From Savitreella phatthalungensis (lineage: Eukaryota), in NCBI GenBank assembly GCA_051599415.1, contig AP039710.1:124001-188000 (forward strand): a stretch of DNA of 64,000 bases, read 5' to 3'. The notes beneath the pieces are model-generated. The model did not search any database and was not told the DNA's origin. It was given only the letters and a program-made list of their open reading frames with translations. Positions 50,801 to 60,400 of this stretch are shown piece after piece. How positions within the stretch are numbered: the stretch's first letter is position 1; every line of letters begins with the position of its first letter. The translations under genes and the position numbers were made by a program.

Positions 50801-52544
50801 GTTCCTGCTAGCAAACGCGGACGAGGAAGCGATGAGCGAGGACGAGCGCGAGGTGCCTGACAACTGTATGGTTTGCCAGCGACCGTTCACGGAAGGCGAG
50901 CTGTACGGAATGCTCGGAACCGTGCAAGAGAGTAGACTTGAGCGAACGTCGAACCCCGCAGACGACCCTGCAGCTCTCGCAGATCTGCTCTCACATCCGC
51001 TCACCATGGACAGGGACCTCGAGTGGGAGCCAAGAGCGAAGCCAGCGCGTGGAAATGCGCGAGAAGTCGTCACTACATGCGGACACATGATCCATTGGGC
51101 CTGCTACACCTCCTTCACCGACAGCTTCCGGAACGAGCTCTTACGGCTGTCGAGTCTCGGTCGGAATGTTCCACTCAGACTTGAATTCAGCTGCCCGCTC
51201 TGTCAGACAGTCCGAAACATCTTCCTGCCGACGTACCATCGCGAGGTGTCGCATCACGAAGAAGCAGCCGCAGCAGCAGCGGTCGCTGCACCGTTCAGAG
51301 GATCGCAATACGAGCTGGATGCTGCAATCGTCGCAGCCTCGATTGCTGATGTCGAGATCGCCCTCAGGGACAAGACGACGATGAAGAGCGATTTCCCAGT
51401 GGACGATGAGTCCTGTAGTATCATCAGCGGCATCACAGACCAATCTGCGATGGCGCTCAGGTCGATTGTGGAGATTGTGCGACGGCGAGGTCTATCGTCT
51501 CCAGCTGACAGCGTGTATGCCGAATCGATCGTCAAGTCGCGCAACAAGTGGCAAACAGCATTGTCAGCCAGTTCCTCCACCGATAGTGGCATCGCACTCC
51601 TGGCAAACGACCCCTTCGAGGTCCTCGTCAAGGTCATTCTCCAGCCAGGAGAACACGAAAACCTGAGGGAGGATATCCAGAAGCTCTACCTCGCGCACGT
51701 CACACGCATCGTCCTCCTGTCGAGGGACGTCAAGCCAGCTCAAGGGCTCGAGCAATCGACGCCGCCACCAGGCTTCGATGGCTGGTGTAGGACGACCTTT
51801 CACCAAGCCTTTTCGGAGGATCGATTGGGGGTGCTGTGGAGATTGGTAGAGATGTACAGCCTGCCATTCGTTCGGAGGACTGCGATTCTGGTCAACATGG
51901 CTCTCGGGTTGCGTGTGGCGCCTGTGAGGAATGGGAATGAGCTGGTGCGACTGCATCAGGCATTGGAGATTCCAGAAATCCGTGATCTGCTCGATGGATC
52001 CCTGTCGGGAGCGTGGGTCGAGCACCTCTTCCGAGACGAAGGTCAAGTCCACGGGGCCACACCAATGACATCGCCTTTGCCATTCACACTCGCAAAACTA
52101 CCATCTGAACTCGACCGGCTTCTGGAAGACTGCCTGCACACGCGGTGTGACGCGTGCGGTCTAGTGCCAGCACAGCCTGCCGTGTGTCTGCTGTGCGGCC
52201 AGGTGGTGTGCTTCCAGACGCAGTGCTGCTTCGACTCTGCCTCATCCACAGGCGAGTGCACCCAGCACCGTCGACTCTGCTCAGGCAGCCAAGGCATCTT
52301 CCTGATCCCAAAACGAGCAGCACTCCTATTCCTAAGGCACGATACAGGATGCTTCGTCCCACCACCCTACCTAGACATCCACGGAGAAACAGACCCAGAC
52401 CTGAAGCGCGGCAAACCACAATTTCTATCGAAAAAGAGGTACGAGTTGGGCGTGCGGCAAGTGTATCTCAGGCACGGTCTAGCTACCTTACTAGCACGCA
52501 GATACGACAATCAGCCAGACGTCGGTGGCTGGACGACCCTGTGA
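47811..52544 (+). CDS. UBR1: N-end rule E3 ubiquitin ligase UBR1/Ubr11
   Basis: First in-frame ATG 47811. UBR box (CGHVF...CRNCGMDDTCVMCQRCF...HAGH...GGCCDCGDAEAW), ClpS-like LWNDEKHNFDEV, DREPEHS, RING (CMVC...CGHMIHWAC...CPLC) and C-terminal PYLDIHGETD. Confidence 0.95.
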   Translation: MSALEVLQGFGAAYGWRWNDLAKTRLAELVYDLVVSHFPQDPFFPSNRPLFSLSLRPQQGITSEYDDAHGRPCGHVFAKDETVFRCRNCGMDDTCVMCQRCFRGSNHAGHDVVMSINAGSGGCCDCGDAEAWKTDIGCCYHSGDRLSSDRLKAALPVSIADPVRQTISMLLDFCLQVLARAPDSMRAPTEDDVLADDTRDSSDFSCVLWNDEKHNFDEVIDIVKRACRKPRAFGQSTATTVDARGRATVYTGDLAEALRIARMLGRIRLGVTVRAACDVFMEDMIEVIVGILYDLANMTDSTGAQPVRQLICEAMTGEVDVNVGVNANTNVSINEALGLVPRHWSSCPVIPPAAKRSRLAQLMLRDLRLWKQARLSLRELYITTMVALPHFKAIMGTCFALNYKELAEIYFFADREPEHSMIIFSVQLFTVPSITAMLVREHHFLTHLLAVLYTYFTTQTPGTPRDVDPTATVATDVYTFRWKRHYHAINDLKYILATPLVYPHITHDILLQFVDWLELFHGMDAQQRITGTHVEYESESWISAFNLTLQLAKQIESFAAAFKDRPEDARRAAETILERVQLRAETPRMPLFEPRQLLQDELRTPEGRFLSFHHPLNWLLSSLVPHTDSVGDLWVASVVSLRVIVWTWEIRCRQWVRNGHSIVMQMWHYTEPLVREFCIDKDIRLVQAWLSEKTCDDRLENLQVLDKRFRDVSCVFGSLPAADYTGVDPRMIQLHHHLILFLIGLTTDRDWILGCTDEQIVARELRHGLVFGPRAYSDLIKLVSERHADDPCFERALTAVADFKPPGGLDDVGMYSLKPGQKDLVDPYYFHYSRSQSEEAVDKIKKGPFPPPVPATSVYAAVGDFLLGTGVADWVVTYFATLSSLDDEGRQCRESLTDAVVQLCRLALEQAKHLRHDSTGPQTADYLREHSLLQVFSSGTVVQRARDLQEQVREFFGQPMEVEAAEAAPSDEAARKKALARARQAKLLSEMQASQSAFLLANADEEAMSEDEREVPDNCMVCQRPFTEGELYGMLGTVQESRLERTSNPADDPAALADLLSHPLTMDRDLEWEPRAKPARGNAREVVTTCGHMIHWACYTSFTDSFRNELLRLSSLGRNVPLRLEFSCPLCQTVRNIFLPTYHREVSHHEEAAAAAAVAAPFRGSQYELDAAIVAASIADVEIALRDKTTMKSDFPVDDESCSIISGITDQSAMALRSIVEIVRRRGLSSPADSVYAESIVKSRNKWQTALSASSSTDSGIALLANDPFEVLVKVILQPGEHENLREDIQKLYLAHVTRIVLLSRDVKPAQGLEQSTPPPGFDGWCRTTFHQAFSEDRLGVLWRLVEMYSLPFVRRTAILVNMALGLRVAPVRNGNELVRLHQALEIPEIRDLLDGSLSGAWVEHLFRDEGQVHGATPMTSPLPFTLAKLPSELDRLLEDCLHTRCDACGLVPAQPAVCLLCGQVVCFQTQCCFDSASSTGECTQHRRLCSGSQGIFLIPKRAALLFLRHDTGCFVPPPYLDIHGETDPDLKRGKPQFLSKKRYELGVRQVYLRHGLATLLARRYDNQPDVGGWTTL

Positions 52545-53533
52545 TAGGATAGACTCGGGCAGTGTCACCATGAACGAGAAAAGGACATAGGAGAGGACCC
52601 AGAGCATTAGAAGCTTGGAGGAGCGTCACTAAGAAGAGATCTCCGATCGTTCTAAGATGGATGGAACCACCTGAGGAAGGCGTCAGAGGAGATGTGGAGG
52701 ATGTATAAAGCTTCAGAGTGGGAGGACGGTCAACCAGTTCAACGTCTTCCCTGTCAACTACGCTCTCCCCTCTGCGTGATTTCCATCAGAGGATCAGAGG
52801 ACTAGCTATCTATCGACTGATGTCAGTCCTGAAATGGACACGGCCAGGCCGAGGAAGGCGACGCGACATTCTGATTTGGAGATTTTCTATTTCGAGGAAT
52901 TCGAAGTCTTCCCAATCTACCAACACTCGTACGACCCTCAAGCCTCTTCAGTCAATTCTATTCAGCTGCCAGAGACTCTCATCCTCATCCTCGCTCATCT
53001 TCCTGCTCTGGTTCAGTTGAGTCAGACTCACTGAAAGGACTGTCTACGGGTTACCGGCCTCAGGTGTCAGGTCTATCTATCCTCCTTCTCGAGGCTTAGT
53101 TTGATGTACAAGCACTCACTCGTGACGTCTCCTCCATGAGCCTTGCTCAGAACGGATGTCCTCGATCAGGTCTTTGAACGAGGGCAGTCTGGTGCGGCTT
53201 CTAACCGAGCACCCACGCTATCTATCCTCAATTGACCGACAGAGTCAATGAGTACCTGGCGAGAGTGATCTACCCAGCTTCAGCACTCAGTTCCGACTCG
53301 AGAAACTCCTCGGCGATCATCCACACTGGCGCAGGTGTCTGGGCGCGAGCAGCGGTCGTGATGCAGATCTTTTTCAAAAAGCTGCAAACGTGTAAGCCGC
53401 TCTTCCCATCACCCCGGCCGGAAGCCTCTAGGTCGGTCAACTTGACGACCTACTTGATTTATTTAGACCTGTCCACCTTACCCGATCCTCCGGACCTTCC
53501 GAGCTACCAGGTTACCGGGCTCATGCCACCTCA

Positions 53534-53592
53534 GCAAGCAAGCACGGAAGGGAGTAAGCAAGGAAGTGAGCAAGGGAGTAAGCAAGGGAGGG
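53534..53592. repeat. Imperfect 12-bp tandem repeat (GAGTAAGCAAGG)
   Basis: gagtaagcaagg aagtgagcaagg gagtaagcaagg plus degenerate flanks. Confidence 0.75.
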
Positions 53593-53933
53593 AGGAAACC
53601 CACGGCTTCTTCCTCGGGAACACTTCCATCTCTCAGCAGCCTATGACACATGCCACTCCATCCTCCTCGACATTAGCCTTTTCTCTCTCCAAATAAACCA
53701 CCCTTTATCTGTCGATTCTCTTCCAACCCACCGCGCTGCCTTACCTTCTCTGCATCTCTCTCTTTCTCTCACCCGTCGTCATCCTCCCGGTAGTCTCCAT
53801 CTCCATCACCATCTCCATCGCCCTCGACATATCCATCATCGCAAGCTTCCATCACCTTTGCAGCGTCTCAACACAAAACACTGTCTAAACGCCGTCTTCT
53901 TTTCCCCCTCAGTGATCTTCACACCTCTTGCGC

Positions 53934-55931
53934 ATGGTCACTGCAGGCGGCGTGCCGCCAAACGTCGCGTACGGCCGCGCCCCAGCTCAATGGACTACCG
54001 TATGGCCATTCCTTTGCAGTTTTGCATTTACCTTTGCGCCGACGCTAGGTCTGTTGATCTACCTGTTGAAGACAAGGGTAGCAACGGTCACAGGCACCTG
54101 CGACGGCAATGACCCGACCAATGCCTGTGGCGTGCTCGGAAACGTCGTCATCAAAGGACGCAACCTCATCATCACCGAGCCAGTCGGAAGATTCCTCACA
54201 GTCACAAAAGTTGTCGACACCATCCAGAACCTCGCCATCACTTTCGTACTCGCCCTTGCAGCCTTTCCAATCGCAAGAACCTGGATCCACGCCTCTGACC
54301 TCACCACTCACTCACTCGCCATGGTTACAAACATGTATGCGTCAGGGAGGTGGTGGGCGCTCTGGGAGGCGTCCAGGTCGATGCTCAGAAAGCCGTCAAA
54401 GGCGTTTGTCCAGGCGTTCGTGATGCTTCTCATCGCACTAGGACTCAGCAAGCTTGCAACGGCGGCAGATCTCTGGCTCCATTACTCGACTCAGGAAGCC
54501 TCTTTCGTCCTCACCAACAACTTTACCCCGCGAACCTTGTCCGGCAAGGACTTTGGCAGACAGGTCAACACATCATGCGAGCCCCCTGATCAATACCACT
54601 CTCCCTATGCATCCTGCCTGATGAACCCGTCTGCTCTAGGCAGCGACATCTTCTCCTGGCCAGCTCAAGCTCTCTCCCTCGCGACAAATGCATCGACCAG
54701 TGACTTGATCGAACTCGTCTTTGACCCAGTCACACAGTTCAACCTGACAAACGGCAACTTTACCACGCCTGACAACACAGCCATCGTCGTCCCTGCACGT
54801 ACAGAGTCGGGTCTGGCGTACAACGCGAGCACGGTCGGCATCTCCGCCTCCTGTCATGCCATCAGCACTCCCTGCCGGCTGCTCAATGTCGCACACGGCT
54901 CAGGCAGCTACAATTGCACCGCAGCGGGCTACAACTACACCGGGTACTTTGCCTCACCGAGCCCAGGCAGCGTCGAACCGTACTTCCCTGACTATGCCAC
55001 CAACACAAGCACCTTTGAAGCTGTCTACTTGATGGCAATTGTCTCCGGAAACGGGTCAGACTTTCAGGCGAGCGGCTACACGACAGCGTACGCGATCATG
55101 GAGGCATGCCGCGTCCAGGCATGGCAGGTCGAGTATGAGTCGCGTCAATACAACGATGCGAATCTTCAGTCGCAGAAGCGGATCCTCTCTCGCACACCAC
55201 TCAGAGGAAACGACTCGGACACGATTTTATCTGTCGTCGCGGCATCCCTCCAGCCGATCAAGGACGCGCTGTCAGCGTCCCGTGGCGCTGCGCAGATCTC
55301 AGGAGAAACATTCTCACACACGCTGTCATACGAGCTCGCGAGATTCTCACTGGCTTACGCGGCCAAGGGCTGGTATGACACTTCAGCGCTAGAAGTCACT
55401 TCACTGCCGGACGTGCAGCCGTACACGATTGTCCCGTTAGGGCCGCTCGCCTGGTTCTTCGCGATGGTGTTCAGCTACAGCGTGTTTGTGGTGATCCTGT
55501 TTGTCTGGGCATTCCCTAGGCACGCCGTCGTCCACGACGACAACAGGAAGATCTCCCTCGAGCACCTCGTCCAGCGCAGACTCGTCCGCACAGACTTCCT
55601 CCTGTACCAGCTGTTGTCGGAGGACGGGGCAAAGTCGACAGAGACAGACGCCGATCAGATCATGCGTGGAGAGAGCGGCACAGTCGTCGTGCCTGACTAC
55701 GTCGGCGGCAGATTCGGTCTATACCCGGCAAACGGCTCAAAGGCGGAAGAACTCGAGCAGCGCAGAACCTCGATCCGCAGAGCCGTCGCCACAGCTTCCA
55801 GAAAACCATCCACAACAGCAGGTCGAGCACCATCCAGAAAACAATCCATTGCAACCACAGACTCATCCTCACCCACCAGTATCCTTCGTCTGCCGACATT
55901 CAGGCTCGACAAGGATGGCAAGCCGGTGTAA
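53934..55931 (+). CDS. Uncharacterised multi-pass membrane glycoprotein
   Basis: ATG 53934. About three N-terminal hydrophobic segments, a large Cys- and N-x-S/T-rich ectodomain after ADLWLHYST, one C-terminal TM and a basic Ser-rich tail. Confidence 0.8.
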   Translation: MVTAGGVPPNVAYGRAPAQWTTVWPFLCSFAFTFAPTLGLLIYLLKTRVATVTGTCDGNDPTNACGVLGNVVIKGRNLIITEPVGRFLTVTKVVDTIQNLAITFVLALAAFPIARTWIHASDLTTHSLAMVTNMYASGRWWALWEASRSMLRKPSKAFVQAFVMLLIALGLSKLATAADLWLHYSTQEASFVLTNNFTPRTLSGKDFGRQVNTSCEPPDQYHSPYASCLMNPSALGSDIFSWPAQALSLATNASTSDLIELVFDPVTQFNLTNGNFTTPDNTAIVVPARTESGLAYNASTVGISASCHAISTPCRLLNVAHGSGSYNCTAAGYNYTGYFASPSPGSVEPYFPDYATNTSTFEAVYLMAIVSGNGSDFQASGYTTAYAIMEACRVQAWQVEYESRQYNDANLQSQKRILSRTPLRGNDSDTILSVVAASLQPIKDALSASRGAAQISGETFSHTLSYELARFSLAYAAKGWYDTSALEVTSLPDVQPYTIVPLGPLAWFFAMVFSYSVFVVILFVWAFPRHAVVHDDNRKISLEHLVQRRLVRTDFLLYQLLSEDGAKSTETDADQIMRGESGTVVVPDYVGGRFGLYPANGSKAEELEQRRTSIRRAVATASRKPSTTAGRAPSRKQSIATTDSSSPTSILRLPTFRLDKDGKPV

Positions 55932-56050
55932 CCCAGGATTCCTGGAAACCATCAGCGATATACAAAAAAAGAGTGCTATATATCACAGGAACGGCGTTTG
56001 GGATCTCTTATTCTCCTCAGTACGCTATACTACTATCCCCTCCATCACTA

Positions 56051-56965
56051 CTAGTCTACTTTATCCTCTAATGAATCTACATGACGACGCAGAAGCCTGC
56101 GCATCTCCTCCTCAGACCTATCCTCCTTCCAGAGACCACGTTCTTCAAGTGCAAGTTCGAGCTCATCGTTTGAGAGATCTTCGTCTGCCACTTCTCCCTG
56201 TCTGCCATCAGATGACCTTTGTCGTCCAGCCGAATCAAGCTCAGATTCATATCCAGATCCAGCCACAGACTCAGATCCACCTTTCCACCACTCCTTCAGC
56301 AATCGGTCGTCCTGTAGCAGGTATCTGCGATGTCTGTCAAGTCGAGTCTCCAGCCAGCCTCGAGGATATACCGGTGCAAGATACCTTGATACCACACCGA
56401 GTCGAGCAGCTTCTGCCCTCACATCACCACTCGCCACCTCGATCTTGGCTCTGCGAAGCCGCCGTGACTTGATCTGCTTTGGGAGTAGCACTGTACCTGG
56501 AAGAATCGGTGTGAGAATCCCCACAAATAGCGGCAGCCATTCACCTAGAACTGCAAAAAGCACAGCGAAAGGTGCGAGCTTTTTCAAATCAGCTGCATGC
56601 CGTCTCACAAGCTGGAACTCGGATCTCGTCAACCGAGGTGGTAACCCGGGCGGCGGTGGTTTCGGTGAGTCGATCACTTTCCCAGTCAAGTGATCTACAG
56701 CGTCACCAGGGATCGAAATCGAAGTCCGATCAGACATCACTAGCTTGATCTGCTTGCTCAACCGGCGATTCGTCATCACCTGACGGGCACCAGCCTTGTA
56801 GAATCCCAAGTAGGCTTTCCCAACCTTGATCAAGTGACGAAATAGTCCAGTGTCGCGGTCCCGAGACGGGAGCTCTAGCGGAGGAGGTAGCGTCGTTGGA
56901 GCATTGATTACGGAAGAGAGTACTCTAGCCCTCAAGCCAGACTGTACCACTCCAGATCTACTCAT
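56051..56965 (-). CDS. LETM1-domain mitochondrial protein (Pnt1-like)
   Basis: INAPTTLPPPLELP...GKAYLGFYKAG, LTRSEFQLVRRHAADLKKLAPF, GEWLP...PGT, YLLQDDRLL and ELELALEERGL are typical of fungal LETM1-like proteins. Confidence 0.75.
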   Translation of the reverse strand: MSRSGVVQSGLRARVLSSVINAPTTLPPPLELPSRDRDTGLFRHLIKVGKAYLGFYKAGARQVMTNRRLSKQIKLVMSDRTSISIPGDAVDHLTGKVIDSPKPPPPGLPPRLTRSEFQLVRRHAADLKKLAPFAVLFAVLGEWLPLFVGILTPILPGTVLLPKQIKSRRLRRAKIEVASGDVRAEAARLGVVSRYLAPVYPRGWLETRLDRHRRYLLQDDRLLKEWWKGGSESVAGSGYESELDSAGRQRSSDGRQGEVADEDLSNDELELALEERGLWKEDRSEEEMRRLLRRHVDSLEDKVD

Positions 56966-57474
56966 AGACTTTGCAGCAGATCAATCGATCAACCCAAAGA
57001 GGCTTATGACACACTGGGTTGCTCCTAAATCCACCGTTTACTGCATTTACAGGTGTATATACGTGTGTTTAGAGATGTTTTCTCTGTGTGAAGATGGAAT
57101 CGATGTATGTGTATTTATGTATATATGTGAGTGATGTCACCGTTCAACTGGAAGATGAGAGTAACCTGTTGCATCTAAAAATAACAACTTTCACGTGATC
57201 TAGATCAAATCCAAATCAATCCAGGTACACATGCATCAATGCACATATGTGTACAGTATCATATACAACACTCCATCGTACACACAACGACAACATCATC
57301 CCTTCTACCTTCTCTTCTTCCTCTCTATCACTCTCATACTCCCCTTGTTAACCTTCAGACAGGTCTATCAAAGGTCGCCAGGTCGTTAGCCCTCTAAAGA
57401 TCATCCCATTCACTTATCAGACCCTCAAATGACGTCCATTTGACACCATCTATCCTTCCAAAACCTCTTCATCG

Positions 57475-60400
57475 ATGATACCATCAAAGCGTCTAAAGAC
57501 TCAATCAACCAAGCGCACGCATGTCTGGAAGTCTTTCAACCAGCGTCTAGAGTCAATCGATGTCCACATCACTCGTAAAGTCGATCGCAGGCTTGGAGAC
57601 TCTCAGAATGTCACTTCATTCTTCCTTGACGCTCTCGCTCACTGGGCAGAGCTCAACCTTACAGTCTCATTCAAAATCTTCCTTGACGATATTGAACCCC
57701 TCGCAGGCTCACTCCCGCAGGTCCTACATCACCAACACGCCATCTTCACACGTCTAAGTCAACTAATCCAAACCCGAGATCCTCTGGTGGAGGAGCCTGC
57801 ATTGGCGTTACTTGTAGCCCTTGCCAGAGACCTTCAAGCAGACTTCACACCTATTGCTCCAGATGCGTTGTCACTGCTCGTACATCTGGCAGACCACGAA
57901 GACGTCCAAGTGGTCGAGGCAGTCTTCACATCCATGGCACATCTTTTCCGCTTTCTTGCAAAGCATCTCATCAAGGCTCTGCCACAGATATTCACAGTAC
58001 TCCGGCCATTGCTTGCACACAAGCGTCCACACCTCGTCCGATTCACATCACAAGCATTCTCATACTTGCTCAGGCGGCAGCGCGACGGCTCAATCTTTGA
58101 CCACATGCTCGTGGCCAACGACTGTATCGAAGGATGTGGACTTGTCGTTGCCGAAGCACTCTTCGGTCCAGGCAGAAGCTTCGACAGCAGGGGTCTTGAG
58201 AAGTACAGCATGTTGTTGACGAAGGAAGGAGCAGTCAAAGTCGCTCGGTACGCTGCCATTGCCGCAGTCCACCACAGCGATATCGACCACTTTCCTCCAT
58301 TCCTTGACACCATCCTCTCACACAAGACTCCAGCAGCCACGGCAGCGCTCGCAGCATGCTGCACCGTCCGCAAGGGAACTCGCATTCCACCTGAATACTG
58401 GCATGGCATTGTCGATCGCACCACCGATGCAAAGCTTCTCGCAGTCGCCTTCGCCTATGCACCTCTCACAAAAGTCATGGGCGATGTACCTACTACCGTC
58501 GCAAAGCTACAAGACCAAGATCAAGACAAGGACAGTCTGTCTGTATTTGCAATGACCTTGGCCAAGCTCAATATCGACACCTTCAACGCCTTGTTCCTAC
58601 CGAAGTGCAGGAACATCAACCACCCGGCCGTCCTCCTCACAATCCCACAGCTTGGCAAACTCACAGATCCAAAAGGACTCAATTCGAATGACAAAGCCGA
58701 GGTCAAGGCGGTTGTCGACCTCCTCGACGGTCACGAGAAGCAATTACATGCCTTGTGGAAGCGGACTCCCGCGACGCAGCCTGTCCTCCTCGCTGCGATC
58801 CTCGATCGTCTTCGAGATCCAGCACTCCTCACAGGCGTGCTCGACAAGCCTGTGTGGACGAGTGCGGCTTTCCTCGAGGCGGCCCATGCCACCATTCAGC
58901 AGACAAAGACTCAAATTCCAGAAATCATCCCGCTCGCGCTCGCAAACCTCGACAAGCCAGGCAGACAACGACGTCTCTGGTCGATTCGTCTCCTTGCAAC
59001 GCAACCACAACTTCAGAGTGACGTCTTCTCATCACTCGAATCCCTCGAAGCCATCGAGCTCGACCTACATGCGCCGAGAGCGCTAGCCATGCAGGGACGT
59101 CGGATAGCACAACTGTACCCTTCTCTCACGCCAGAGGTGCGACGAGTATGTCTCCGACAATCCTTTGGTCTCCTCACAGGCAACTTCACACCGCTCTGGG
59201 ACATCGCTATCGATAATCTCAAAGCCATGAGCGAGGACGACGTCTGGCAGGTTGTGTACCGGTGGCTGACGAAAGCATCCTTTGGCGAGCAGCCAGACGA
59301 GGACGTGCCTGAGGTTGCAGAAGAGGAGACCATTCCAGAGCCACAGATGGACGCCCTCAAGTGCTTCAACACAGCCGAGGTAGAGCAGATCTTTGCGCAA
59401 AATGAAGCCGCCCTCACCAATCCACAAACACTGTACGCACGTCGGTATGCGGCGTGTCTACCGACTGAGCGTACAAGTGACCCTCGATCGCAGGCCATTA
59501 AGATCCTGATGGGTCTGACGTCTCTCGCGGAGCAGCATAATCGAGATCTCGTTCCGCTCTTCCTCGAAGGAACCTCTCTGCTCGAGCTGTTTTCCAAATT
59601 TGATAATCCGGGAGCAGCATACCGGGCGGACGAGGTCCGGGCAAAGGCCATGTCCCTGCTGGGTACGCGCGACAACCGCACTCAGACACATGCGCTAGAC
59701 CTTCTCATGCACTTCCGCGACAAGGCGCTGACGCCGTACGAGGACAACTTGAAGAACCTGCTCGGTCAGACACGCTCGCGCGACGAAATTACCACGTTCC
59801 TCCAGGTCAACGAAGGAGATTCGCCGATCGAAGACGACCATCGCGCCGCAGTCATCCCTGTCGTCGCACGAATCCTCTACGGCAAAATGATGGATCGCCG
59901 TCACAACACCTCGGCTAAGCACGGTCAGGCCAATACCCGGACCATCATTCTCAGCGCCGTCGCCACACTGCGTCAGCAGGATATCGCAGAATTCATTCCC
60001 CTCTTCATCCCATCAGCCTTAGATACCGCTCCTCTGCCAGTTCTTACAGGCTTCTGCAACATGATGGAGGAGGCATTTGAACAGCTTGGTAGCAAGCTGA
60101 CCCCGTTCCTCGGCAGTCTACTGCCAGCTATCCTGCTGTGCCATGAGCGCGAGCCAGCTGTGCGTCAGACGTGCTCGCGCATCATCGCCCTCGCCATGGC
60201 ATCCTGCCGCAAGTATGACTGGCCTGCAGTCCTGAGCGAGCTCATGCGCGTCGTGGTCGCTCCGAGGCTCGACAAATTCGCTACCGAGTCAACACAGGCT
60301 CCATCTCCGCTCCTCAGGCTCTTCGCTACCTGGGCAGAGGAGAAATCCTTCAACGCCTTCCTCCTGAAAGACGACAGGATTCTCCCACAGACTTTCGCCC

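Noticed and set aside
55501..56472. 323-aa ORF bridging two convergent genes
   Set aside because: Composed of an off-frame shadow of the membrane protein and the antisense of the LETM1-like gene; non-ATG start.
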